Positions 8,638 through 17,435 of a stretch of DNA of 64,000 nucleotides are shown one piece after another; the stretch's first letter is position 1; every line of letters starts with the position of its first letter. This DNA is from an uncultured virus (IMG/VR IMGVR_UViG_3300037420_000217) (taxonomy: Duplodnaviria > Heunggongvirae > Uroviricota > Caudoviricetes), in IMG/VR virus record IMGVR_UViG_3300037420_000217; one strand, 5' to 3'. Below the pieces are notes generated by a model. The model made no database searches, was not told the origin of the DNA, and was given only the letters and a program-made list of their open reading frames with translations. A program made the translations under genes and the position numbers.

Positions 8638-10599
8638 TCACGCCGCGTCCTTGATCTCGCCCCAGGACGGCCCCACCTCAAGGTCCACCTTGGAGGGAAC
8701 CTTCAACTGGATCACGTTCTCCATGATCTCAGCGGCGCGGCGGCCTTCCTCGACGCTCCCCAGGCTCCAGTCGAATTCATCGTGCACCTGGAGCTGAAGG
8801 GGGAAACCCTCCCGGTCCAGCGCCACCATGGCGGCCTTCGTCTGGTCAGCCGCTGAGCCTTGAATGGCTCTATTGAATGCTTTATGAGTCCAATCAAAAT
8901 TCCCGAACTGATCTTTAGCGAAGCGGCAGCGCCGTCCGCCAATCGTCACGATGTAACCACGAGCCTTGGCCACCTTCTCAACAGCCTTGGCGGTTGCCTT
9001 TACATACGGCACCCGAGCTTCGATCTGGTCGAGGATGGCGCGGCCTTCGTCACCGGCCACTTCGAACCGCTTGCCACTGCGTTCGTCCTCTTTGATCTTG
9101 GTGGGGAGGCCCAGCTGACGACACATCTTGGGCTCACCCATGCCGTAGCAGATGCCCAGGTAGATGTTCTTGAGGATCGTGCGGGCCTGCTTGAAGCCAG
9201 CCTTGCCCAAGCGCTCCAAGGCGTCGTCACCGTGCACCAGCTGGGTGAACATCGTGTGGGCGTCCGTGTTCCGGTCGCTCCAGTATCGTCGGGCAGCCTC
9301 TTCAGCGGAGGCGAAGGCCCTCTGTCCAAGTCGCTGCATGCCAGAGGCTATGGCGAAGTGGACGGCCAGGCGCGGCTCCTGCTGGCTGTAGTCGAGGCTG
9401 CCCCACAGGCCGCCCTCATCCGGTATGTACACCTTGCGCCAGAAAGGTCCCAGCTCAGGGTCGCGTGCCGGTTGCTGCTGTAGGTTCGGGTCCTGGCAAC
9501 TCAGTCGGCCGAAGGCTGCGCCCTCAGTCTCATCGCTGTCATCCTCCTGTCGCACGATCTGGTTGAACGTACAGTGGATGCGGTCGCCAATAGCGTGAGT
9601 GCGGATCGCGGCCACGAAGGTGGAGCGCAGCTGGCTCATCTTGCGTGCCCGGCGGATCAACTCCCCAAGGGGGTGGTCCAAGGCGTCAAGGTAGTCCTTG
9701 GTGATGGACGCCTTGCCTTTGGCTGTGTTGTAGACCGGGATGTCAGCAGCCCGAAGTGCCTGAGCCACGACCTCAGCCTTCATGGCATCACCCACGCGGA
9801 TCGCCACGCCGGTCAGGCGTTGGACCTCGCCCCAGGCCTTCATCTCCTCCGCCATGGAGAAGCGTTCCACCTTGTCAAGGTGGTCGAAGTCCACACGCAC
9901 CCCGCGTCGTCGCATCTTGACAAGGACTGGCGTGACCGCCGTCTCCAGGCTCCAGATGCGGCCCAGCCCTTGTTCCTCAATCTCAGCCTCCTGCTTGCGC
10001 AAGAGGGTCAGTGGTCGGATAGCGTCAGCCTCAGCGTATTCGCCCACGTAGCGCGCCGGGAGCTTCCACAGGTCGGCCTTCGGGTCCACCCGGAACTCAG
10101 CCGCCGCCTTGCGCAGCTCATCCTCAAACTTGAGTGGCAGGCCGTGGCGCTTGAGGATGTTGTCGAGGCTGTAGCTGTACTGGAGTTCATCCAGCAGCGG
10201 CTCAGCCACCTGGACGTCCTTGAAGCATTTGGCGTTGGGAAACGTGATGCCAGCTTCCGCCAGGTAATCCAGATCGTAATCCAACCTGGCGCCAACAATC
10301 TCCCCACGGAAGTTGCGGGCCTGCTCCCGAACGTACTCCAGCGCCTTCTCCGGGTCCTCCATGTTGTCGCCGCCGAGGTGACGCAACGGGAGGTAGTGAG
10401 CGCGGTTCTCACCCACGGCGAAGCTGATGCCTGCGATGAAGCCGCCGCGCCGGACCCCAGGCCCCAGCTTCTTGAGCAGGGGGTCACAAGTCTCTGTGTC
10501 TAGCCCAAGACGATCCGTCTGGTTCCAGTCGGTGGGCAGATCAATCATGCGGGGCGCGGACCACTTCGCCACCGGTGGGAACAACGCGCCTTGTAGCAT
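8638..10599 (-). CDS. polA: Family A DNA polymerase with 3'-5' exonuclease domain
   Basis: ExoI GLDTET; GRLSCQDPNLQQ; motif A DYSQQEPR; motif B K..YLGICYG; motif C QVHDE. Confidence 0.95.
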   Translation of the reverse strand: MLQGALFPPVAKWSAPRMIDLPTDWNQTDRLGLDTETCDPLLKKLGPGVRRGGFIAGISFAVGENRAHYLPLRHLGGDNMEDPEKALEYVREQARNFRGEIVGARLDYDLDYLAEAGITFPNAKCFKDVQVAEPLLDELQYSYSLDNILKRHGLPLKFEDELRKAAAEFRVDPKADLWKLPARYVGEYAEADAIRPLTLLRKQEAEIEEQGLGRIWSLETAVTPVLVKMRRRGVRVDFDHLDKVERFSMAEEMKAWGEVQRLTGVAIRVGDAMKAEVVAQALRAADIPVYNTAKGKASITKDYLDALDHPLGELIRRARKMSQLRSTFVAAIRTHAIGDRIHCTFNQIVRQEDDSDETEGAAFGRLSCQDPNLQQQPARDPELGPFWRKVYIPDEGGLWGSLDYSQQEPRLAVHFAIASGMQRLGQRAFASAEEAARRYWSDRNTDAHTMFTQLVHGDDALERLGKAGFKQARTILKNIYLGICYGMGEPKMCRQLGLPTKIKEDERSGKRFEVAGDEGRAILDQIEARVPYVKATAKAVEKVAKARGYIVTIGGRRCRFAKDQFGNFDWTHKAFNRAIQGSAADQTKAAMVALDREGFPLQLQVHDEFDWSLGSVEEGRRAAEIMENVIQLKVPSKVDLEVGPSWGEIKDAA

Positions 10600-10907
10600 C
10601 AGATGTCATCCACCCGGACCCGGCACATCACGTTGCCGAGCTTCATGGGCAGCTGGTGTTTGGCGTCGTGAGCCAGCTCCTCCTGCACCCGTGCGATGGC
10701 GTGCCGCACCGTGGTCCGGTCGCGGTCGAAGGCGCGGCCAACCGAGGCGTTGGACTGGTTCGGCAAGCTCCGATAGACGTGCATGGCGTAACGTCGCAAA
10801 CGCGCCACCTCCGGCGTGCCTCTCGTGCACTTAAGCACAGCGGCCATAGATCGAGGTGCGCCGAACTCCCGACACACCTCTCGCACAACGTCTCGGGCCG
10901 TAATCAC
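10599..10907 (-). CDS. Stand-alone DnaA domain IV-like HTH protein (~102 aa)
   Basis: RRYAMHVYR...SNASVGRAFDRDRTTVRHAIARV resembles the DnaA C-terminal signature; GTG start in a GTGA overlap. Confidence 0.7.
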   Translation of the reverse strand: MITARDVVREVCREFGAPRSMAAVLKCTRGTPEVARLRRYAMHVYRSLPNQSNASVGRAFDRDRTTVRHAIARVQEELAHDAKHQLPMKLGNVMCRVRVDDI

Positions 10908-11278
10908 TGGTTGACCTCGATCAGCATGCCCCGCAAGATGCGGATCGCAGTTTCTATGTGGCCCGAAGTGCCGTAGTGGGGGTGCAGGATAAGGGCCAAG
11001 CAATCCCGGTCAGACGGCTGGTGGTGTTGTCTGCGGCAGTGGAACCAGCGCTCCAGCAGCTGGCGATCCGCAGACCGCTTCACCCCACGACCGTTCATCT
11101 TCTCCAGGTAGCTGATGGCCTTCTGTAGGTCCACCGCAGGCGTGCCCTTGTGGCGCCAACGGTCGATGTATTTGCTGGCCGTCGCTTCCAAGTAAGCCAC
11201 ATCAGTGGCTTCGATGACATCCCAGTGTTGTATTTCGCCGTCGTAATGAGCGCCGCCGACTTGGGGAACGTAGACCAT
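10904..11278 (-). CDS. DUF3310 protein (T7 gp1.7-like putative nucleotide kinase)
   Basis: QVGGAHY...KYIDRWRHKG...DLQKAISYLE. Confidence 0.75.
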   Translation of the reverse strand: MVYVPQVGGAHYDGEIQHWDVIEATDVAYLEATASKYIDRWRHKGTPAVDLQKAISYLEKMNGRGVKRSADRQLLERWFHCRRQHHQPSDRDCLALILHPHYGTSGHIETAIRILRGMLIEVNQ

Positions 11279-11901
11279 CAGATACCAGCCACCTGCTTGA
11301 GTAAATCGAACTTGAGACGCTGGCCGCAGTTAGCTTTCGCGGCTCGCATCACGGCAAGGAAGATAGGATGGGGCGGCGTCTTCTGGAAAGAGGCGTCGTA
11401 GTCGCGGACCCATTCCATAAAGTACACGTTGCCGCGCGCCGTCTCTTCAATGCACCACAGGTACAATTCTACCTTGTCGCAGGTGGTCAGCCATTCGTCC
11501 TCCTCAGGCGTGAGCTGGTAGTGGAGCCCAATGGCGTACTCCACCCGAAGCTCCCCGGCCTGGAGTGCCGGCCCAACCAGAACCTTGGTGGGTTGCGGCA
11601 TATCGCCGAAGATGCGCTCAGGGTGATCGTGAACCTGGGCCATGGCGATCAGCTCAGCACGAGGGAGCGCCCCGTTGTGCGCCGACTGCCAGGTCAGGAT
11701 CAGCAGGTTCACGAGGTCATGAGTGTGCATCCCGACGCTGTAGCGCATCAAGTGGGGATGGATGTGGCACCGCTCCACAGCCGCACCTTCCCGCGTGAGC
11801 CTGATCTTGTCGAACAGGCTCAGCTTAGGGGAGCACTGGCAGGCCGTCATCTTGTGGGCTCCGCAGTCCAGGCAGTAGGCTGCCGCTGATTGATCAGACA
11901 T
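11278..11901 (-). CDS. HD-domain 5'-deoxynucleotidase (YfbR-like)
   Basis: R.H....YSVGMH...VHDHPE.IFGDMP...CDKVE; start moved to ATG 11901. Confidence 0.75.
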   Translation of the reverse strand: MSDQSAAAYCLDCGAHKMTACQCSPKLSLFDKIRLTREGAAVERCHIHPHLMRYSVGMHTHDLVNLLILTWQSAHNGALPRAELIAMAQVHDHPERIFGDMPQPTKVLVGPALQAGELRVEYAIGLHYQLTPEEDEWLTTCDKVELYLWCIEETARGNVYFMEWVRDYDASFQKTPPHPIFLAVMRAAKANCGQRLKFDLLKQVAGI

Positions 11902-12979
11902 GCTGGACCCCATCGTCAGCGGCCTGCTCCCACTTGAGGTAGCGGCGCATGATCCACTCCTTGGCGGCCAGCCGCCAGTCGGAGGCCTGGACTTGATCCA
12001 GGATTTCCAGCGCGCCTTCGTAGCGGTCCCGGCCACGCTTGGTCTTCCAGTGATGGTGTGCGGCAGCCATCGGCACCACGACCTTGGACAGGAACGGCCA
12101 CCTGGCCTTGGTGGCTGAGTCCTGCCAGCCGTAGGTGAAGAACACCATCAGGTCATCCTGAAGGATGCGCTCTCGAACAGCATCGGAGCTGTGCTCTTGG
12201 AAGCCCTCGAACAGCCCAAAGGATGTCACAGTGCCGTAGGCGTACGGGTCCACGCCGCCTGGCCAGTTCGTCCAGCAAGCGTCAGGATCGCCCGCGTTCT
12301 CCACGTAGGCATGGAAGTTGTTGCTGATCTGGGTGTAGGTGCCCACCTCCAACCCGAGGCGGCAGGCCAGGTATTCCAGCATCACGCTGAAGTGGACTGC
12401 GTTCGCTCCGTAGGCTCCCCAGATCATGTCGTTGGAGCGGTTGAACACGGTCAGGTGGAGCTTGCCGTTGCCCACCCAAGGCAGGGCCGTCAGGTTGCAT
12501 GGGACGTCCTTGCTGTCGCGATTGGCGGCTGCAACATCTGTGAACGGGTCCCACATCTGGATGACCACGCGACGGTCGTTTGGATTGTCACGCAGACGCT
12601 TTACGGCCCAATTGAGCTGATCAGCCCAACCCAAGCCTTCGAAGCGATGATTGCGCCACCGCGCACCGTAGGCCGCAGGCTGCGTCACACCGCCATCGTC
12701 GCTGAACAGCTCCATGCGCTTGACGTAGGGCGTGAGCTGCTTCAGGTCATCTCGCCCAGCCAACATCCACATCGCCTCCACCAGGTGGAAGAACGGGTTG
12801 GCGTCCCGCCAGGGGTGGAATAGAACCCGCTCGTTGGGGTTCGTGTAGATCGTCGCCACCGGAGCCGGCATCCGCAGGACGTCACCCGCCCTGCTGGGCT
12901 CCGGTACACCGAGCTGGTGGATCAGAGTGACGCCTTGACTGATGGCGTAGTTGACATTGCGGGCGTCGATGAACAGCAT
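11894..12979 (-). CDS. Thymidylate-synthase-fold dUMP hydroxymethylase
   Basis: AYGARW, DRRVV, catalytic DVPCN, RSNDMIWGAYGAN (Asn at the dUMP-specificity position), FHAY; hypermodification gene context. Confidence 0.85.
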   Translation of the reverse strand: MLFIDARNVNYAISQGVTLIHQLGVPEPSRAGDVLRMPAPVATIYTNPNERVLFHPWRDANPFFHLVEAMWMLAGRDDLKQLTPYVKRMELFSDDGGVTQPAAYGARWRNHRFEGLGWADQLNWAVKRLRDNPNDRRVVIQMWDPFTDVAAANRDSKDVPCNLTALPWVGNGKLHLTVFNRSNDMIWGAYGANAVHFSVMLEYLACRLGLEVGTYTQISNNFHAYVENAGDPDACWTNWPGGVDPYAYGTVTSFGLFEGFQEHSSDAVRERILQDDLMVFFTYGWQDSATKARWPFLSKVVVPMAAAHHHWKTKRGRDRYEGALEILDQVQASDWRLAAKEWIMRRYLKWEQAADDGVQHV

Positions 12980-13104
12980 GCTGCGGCCTTTTTCTCGAAT
13001 TGTAATGCCAAGCGTCGTAGGGTGCGCTTGGTGGTGATTGATACAGCAGCCTCAGCCTCGCGCCGAAGGATCGCGGCTGCTTCAGCCCAGGTGTCAGCTT
13101 CCAC
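12922..13104 (-). CDS. Possible small protein (60 aa)
   Basis: Fills the gap between kinase and hydroxymethylase genes but overlaps both. Confidence 0.35.
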   Translation of the reverse strand: MEADTWAEAAAILRREAEAAVSITTKRTLRRLALQFEKKAAACCSSTPAMSTTPSVKASL

Positions 13105-14083
13105 GGCCAGGCACGTACATGGACCTTGGCCGACCCTCGCCGTTGCGGACCCGCAGCCACTTGTCGGTCTCGCAACAACAGTTTTGAATATCGCTCAGGT
13201 CGATGGGATGCATCCACGATGCCAAGTTGGCATTGACCAGCTCTCTTAATTCGATCAGCTCGGCCACGCCCTGGTCCTGCTTGAGCGGATACTTGACATC
13301 GCGTCCGTGAAGTCTGTTAAGTCCACGCGCCGAACCGGGACCTAAAGCAGTCCAAGTCTGGATGTCTGGGGCATTCCTCAGATAGCGGGTCCACCTCAGA
13401 TCAGTCACGACCTGTCCAGCCATAAACGGACCCCAGCCTGTGTAATGCTTGTCTTGGAAGCGCAGCCACACGTCCTGGAGCCGAAGATCAGGAACATCGA
13501 ACAGCTGGCGCCAGTGCTTGCGTTCAGCCCACAGCTTACCCAGCACAACCTCACTGATGTAGCGTTGCTTAGACCAATTGTACCATGGAGCGTTTGGGTC
13601 GCTCTCGGCGCGCAGCATATACGCGCCACCTTCCATCTTGACGCCGCGAGACTTGCGCAGCTCCAGACCAACGGTCATGGTCTCGGGGCTGAAGTGCTCG
13701 TCATCGGGCCAGCCATCCGTGCCGATCAGATCAGCCAGCGTATCGGGCCAGTTGATATACCTGGCCGCAGCGAGCATGTACCACAGGTGCTCGTGGTCCG
13801 CGAACGGCTCCCGGATGTGCTCCCTGATCCAGACCGTCACCCGGTCCAGCTCCCGGTACACGTTGCAGAAGCGGAACTGTCGCATGACAGGATCGTCGGT
13901 GAGCCAATTCAAGTCCCACGCTGCGGCCTCGTGGCCCCACGCCGCCTTCATGCGGCTGCTCATTCGAGCTGGGGTGTTGGGGTCCTCAGCTCGATGCTCC
14001 AGCCAGGTCTTGCGCATGTAGATCGCGTGGCGCTCGTTGGCCCAATCGATCAGGGGCTGGGCTTGATCAAGCGTGAGTGGCAT
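13094..14083 (-). CDS. 5-hmdU DNA kinase (aGPT-Pplase1 helical family)
   Basis: ERHAIY..K...WLTDDPV..FRFCNVYRE.DRVT, GPFMAGQVVTD, GPGS.RGL, IQNCCCE.DK; start at ATG 14083. Confidence 0.8.
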   Translation of the reverse strand: MPLTLDQAQPLIDWANERHAIYMRKTWLEHRAEDPNTPARMSSRMKAAWGHEAAAWDLNWLTDDPVMRQFRFCNVYRELDRVTVWIREHIREPFADHEHLWYMLAAARYINWPDTLADLIGTDGWPDDEHFSPETMTVGLELRKSRGVKMEGGAYMLRAESDPNAPWYNWSKQRYISEVVLGKLWAERKHWRQLFDVPDLRLQDVWLRFQDKHYTGWGPFMAGQVVTDLRWTRYLRNAPDIQTWTALGPGSARGLNRLHGRDVKYPLKQDQGVAELIELRELVNANLASWMHPIDLSDIQNCCCETDKWLRVRNGEGRPRSMYVPGRGS

Positions 14084-14744
14084 ACTCAGCTCCCCGGCCC
14101 GTAATGATCTTCCACACGACATCGACCTCACCGCCGAACGGCAGATCATAGACCAGCTTGCCGGCGGCCAGGGCCTTGGCGCGCGTCGCCGCAATAGCCT
14201 TGAACTTGTCGGCCACCAGATCGCGCTTGATCTCCTTGACCTTGCCGGAGGCCTCCTGGCGCTGCCGGATGCGGTCGAAGCAGATGTCCAGAGGCGTCTG
14301 CAGGTAGCAGAAGGCGAACTGGTGCCCCAGGTCCTTGACGGTCGCGGCGAACTCGCCCCAAGAGCCGTACACGGTGGAGGCCAGGACACCTTCGGCAATC
14401 ACTGCGTCCACCTCCCTGAACACCTGAGAGTACGTGTTGCTTCCCTCGCCAAGCGCATACAAGATCGCAGCCTGCTGAACCGCGAAGCTGGGCACGTTGT
14501 CCAGACCACCAGTGGCAGTCCTGTACGGCCCCACCACCGCGATGGTAGGCTCATCCTCGTCATGTCTGACGTAGCCCTCAACTCGCAGCTGCCGCAGCGG
14601 GTCCCTCTTGGTGGGCGAGCTGTACCAATTGAGGTCCACAGGACCTCCGTGGCTGTCACCCCTCAGGTTCGGCGGCAGGAAGGCCTTGGCCAGGGTGGTC
14701 TTGCCGGCACCGTTGGTGCCTCGAATGTTGATGACGATCCCCAC
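14067..14744 (-). CDS. P-loop nucleotide kinase of thymidine-modification clusters
   Basis: Walker A IRGTNGAGKTT; GGLD, EG; L.TPLD.C..RI..R. Confidence 0.75.
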   Translation of the reverse strand: MGIVINIRGTNGAGKTTLAKAFLPPNLRGDSHGGPVDLNWYSSPTKRDPLRQLRVEGYVRHDEDEPTIAVVGPYRTATGGLDNVPSFAVQQAAILYALGEGSNTYSQVFREVDAVIAEGVLASTVYGSWGEFAATVKDLGHQFAFCYLQTPLDICFDRIRQRQEASGKVKEIKRDLVADKFKAIAATRAKALAAGKLVYDLPFGGEVDVVWKIITGRGAEYATHA

Positions 14745-14821
14745 CGGGCCGCTCCTCTGCTTCTGGTCGATGGCACCTTATCCCCGGACGGCCGGAGCCG
14801 TCGCGGAGGTTCGGTTGCGGA

Positions 14822-15679
14822 TCAGTGCGACAGTGGCAGATAGCTCAACAACTCATCAGCCGTCTTGGACACCTTGGCCCAAGGCTCCGCGCCTTCCCTG
14901 ATCTCGATGAGGTCATTGTTCAGAGGATAGTGGCCATTCATGTGGGACTTCCACTTGCACAGAATGGTCTCGACCTCTTGAAGGCCCACAGGCCGGTCAT
15001 AGAGCGGCGGCGCCATATAGTTCTCGAAGTGCTCAATCAAGTAATCGACCACCATGTTGATGGCCTTGGCCTCATCCTTGATGGTAGCCTCTTCAGGAAT
15101 ACCCCCACGCAGACGGAACATCTTCAAAGCCGCTTTGCGCGGATCGTCGAACATGAACACAGCTGCGTTGTCGAACGACACGTCAGCGATACCAAGGCGG
15201 TCGATCATGTCGGCGATCTTGAACGACATCCAATCCCCGAAGCTGGCGTGCTGTTTCACCCGGCTCGCCACAGTCTTGTATGGAATGGTCGTGTCGAGGT
15301 CAGGCAGCTCCGCGATCTGACGCACCATGTCGCCGGGCACAGTGAGGTACTTGCCCATGAGGTCCCGGACGGCCTTGCGGGCTGCCAGGCCTCGCCAGTG
15401 GCGGCGCTCTGAGCCTCTGGGCCAACGGTCCCCGAGCGGCGAAGCCTGCTCGTTCTCGGCTGCCGTCCTGAGCAGTTGCCAGAACTCCCGGCCTTCCGCC
15501 TCGCTGATGTAGCAGGCCGCACCGACGTGGTACAGGCACCAGTAGGCGATCAACCACCTGTACATCCGCTCAGGCTCCATCTCCGCCTTGTGAAGCATGA
15601 TGTAGACCGGGTCAAGGTCGCCGCTTTCCAGCAGCTGGTTGCCGAAGGCCTCAATGGTGAGGCGCTCATAGTTGCGCAT
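14822..15679 (-). CDS. Amino acid:DNA transferase (aGPT-Pplase2/AADT family)
   Basis: GDLDPVY, WLIAYWCLYH.G.A, RGSERRHWRG, FGDWMSFKIADM, QEVETILCKWKSH.NGHY. Confidence 0.8.
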   Translation of the reverse strand: MRNYERLTIEAFGNQLLESGDLDPVYIMLHKAEMEPERMYRWLIAYWCLYHVGAACYISEAEGREFWQLLRTAAENEQASPLGDRWPRGSERRHWRGLAARKAVRDLMGKYLTVPGDMVRQIAELPDLDTTIPYKTVASRVKQHASFGDWMSFKIADMIDRLGIADVSFDNAAVFMFDDPRKAALKMFRLRGGIPEEATIKDEAKAINMVVDYLIEHFENYMAPPLYDRPVGLQEVETILCKWKSHMNGHYPLNNDLIEIREGAEPWAKVSKTADELLSYLPLSH

Positions 15680-15681
15680 AG

Positions 15682-16530
15682 TCAGGTCCTCAGTTTCTCG
15701 GTGAGTTGGATGGCAGCCCAGGCCGCTCCCAGCGTGCCGTTCTTGGCGCCACCGGTGACGATCCAGCCATTGGTGATCTCCCGGATGTATGCCGGCTCCT
15801 TCAGACCCTTCATGTATGGCCGGTAGCCGTACAGCACTTCCGCACGGCCAGGATCAGCCGCGAGTGCGGCTGCGCACCGGTTCAGGCTCGCCTGCATACG
15901 CTCCTCAGTCATGCTCATAGGCAGCAGCGCCGAGCCGTCTCCGATCCAGATGTGATCCGGGTCTCGGTTGAAGGCCACGATCTGCTTGTATGGCGCCCAG
16001 ACCTGGATGAACGGCTGGTCCAGCTGACCCTCGAACAGGAAGCCCCAGCCACCCTTGGACTGAAGGCTAAGCGCGTCGGCGTTGGCCATCTGCTCCCATG
16101 CCCAATTCCCGGTGGCAAAGATGATCTTGTCATAGCCCTCCATGTAGCTGCGACCGTGCTGATTATCCTCCCAGCGTGCCACTTGAGGCCATTCACACAT
16201 TGGCCACACCGTGTCCTTGTAGGTCCCGAACCGATCCGGTGGACGCAGGACCTTCGCCGGGTCCACCCAGTGGCAGTTGGTCATCAGACCGCTGGGCTTG
16301 ATCTTGAACGGGATCGTCTGGACGCCGTACAAGTGGTCCAGCAGCTCGATAGCGTGACCGTAGTCCTTGCCCATGCTGGAAGCCCACTCAGGCTTCATGA
16401 GGCAAGCCGCTGGGACCGAGCCCATACCATCCCGCTGATCAGCCAACACGACCACTTCATGGCCATGACGACGGATCGTGGCCGCGATGATTGAGCCAAA
16501 CAGCCCAGCGCCGACGACCAGGACCTTCAA
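15682..16530 (-). CDS. FAD-dependent oxidoreductase (DAO/glycine-oxidase-like) of the modification cluster
   Basis: N-terminal VVGAGLFG Rossmann motif, G.RPY, C-terminal TGGAKNG; TTG start in a TTGA overlap. Confidence 0.8.
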   Translation of the reverse strand: MKVLVVGAGLFGSIIAATIRRHGHEVVVLADQRDGMGSVPAACLMKPEWASSMGKDYGHAIELLDHLYGVQTIPFKIKPSGLMTNCHWVDPAKVLRPPDRFGTYKDTVWPMCEWPQVARWEDNQHGRSYMEGYDKIIFATGNWAWEQMANADALSLQSKGGWGFLFEGQLDQPFIQVWAPYKQIVAFNRDPDHIWIGDGSALLPMSMTEERMQASLNRCAAALAADPGRAEVLYGYRPYMKGLKEPAYIREITNGWIVTGGAKNGTLGAAWAAIQLTEKLRT

Positions 16531-16709
16531 TGGAGTAGCGCCTGGTGGATGTGAGTGACCATCTGCATCGCGCTTATGATGGTCACCATGCCGATGTAGA
16601 TGCCCATTCCCATGAACACGCCCTTGATGTATCCGGCCCAGGCTACATCTCGCGCCCACCGATTTTCATGCCACCAGCGGCGCAGCTTATCATGCCAATG
16701 TTCGTTCAC
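16527..16709 (-). CDS. Small membrane protein (60 aa)
   Basis: GTGA overlap start; one hydrophobic helix. Confidence 0.55.
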   Translation of the reverse strand: MNEHWHDKLRRWWHENRWARDVAWAGYIKGVFMGMGIYIGMVTIISAMQMVTHIHQALLH

Positions 16710-16924
16710 GCTGTATGTTCCCTCTTCAACCTGCACCACTCGACAGCTCTGTACCAACGTGCAGAGGATCGTGGGGGTGTCTCCACGAATGACTTGGCGT
16801 AGTGGCGCGCCATCGCCCGGTGTTCGGCCGGAACCTCAACAGGCTCCGGCAAGTCCTTGAACTTCACCAGCCACAGACGCTCGGTGGGGTTCTTGGGCCG
16901 ATCCTTGCGAGACTTACCCGGCAT
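16706..16924 (-). CDS. Small basic hypothetical protein (72 aa)
   Basis: ATG 16924, coupled to neighbours. Confidence 0.5.
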   Translation of the reverse strand: MPGKSRKDRPKNPTERLWLVKFKDLPEPVEVPAEHRAMARHYAKSFVETPPRSSARWYRAVEWCRLKREHTA

Positions 16925-17423
16925 TCCACCACACCGCCTCTGTATGGAGCTGACGACCAACGGTGAGCCACCACTTGATCGCCGTCTTGCCAGCCGGGGT
17001 GAGCGGAATTGGCGGTTCCATCAGCAGCCGCGCGTGCCGGGCTGGATAGGCGATTGTGACCCGAGCCCGGCGGGCTCCAGACTGCTCGTAAATGCGCCGG
17101 TACAGTAGGTGCCGCGTGAGGTGGCCGGTATTCAGGACGATCACCGGAGGCACATCCTCGCGCATCCTCTCCAGCCCCTTGACCACGCCTGCGGCAGTAG
17201 GGTCGGCCTTACAGGTTACGGCGACCAGCCAAGGCATCCCGGCCGATAGCAGCTTCCATTGATCGCGCGTGGCGCACTCCCAGGTGCGCTCGACTGCGTG
17301 GGCCACGGTCTCGACTGTCTGGGGCTGGCCATCTGGAAGCGGAGACAGGTCTGCCCGTTTCACGAGCAGACCTGCTTCAGCTAGGTGATCCTCAAGCGGC
17401 GGAAGGCTTGGCTCAAGGAACAT
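16914..17423 (-). CDS. Hypothetical protein (169 aa)
   Basis: AGGAG SD just after the upstream stop; no recognisable motif. Confidence 0.55.
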   Translation of the reverse strand: MFLEPSLPPLEDHLAEAGLLVKRADLSPLPDGQPQTVETVAHAVERTWECATRDQWKLLSAGMPWLVAVTCKADPTAAGVVKGLERMREDVPPVIVLNTGHLTRHLLYRRIYEQSGARRARVTIAYPARHARLLMEPPIPLTPAGKTAIKWWLTVGRQLHTEAVWWNAG

Positions 17424-17435
17424 GCGGCACGGCTC

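Noticed and set aside
8638..10599. Inteins or introns in polA, nrdJ, helicases or terL
   Set aside because: Lengths and motif order look uninterrupted and no splice-junction motifs were seen
14084..14398. Extended N-termini in the ORF track (also 11902-12036, 16531-16659, 7784-7867, 63046-63108)
   Set aside because: They overlap upstream genes or promoters; coupled downstream starts fit better
16914..17423. ORF as the missing acetyltransferase
   Set aside because: No GNAT acetyl-CoA-binding motif visible; left as unknown pending structure prediction
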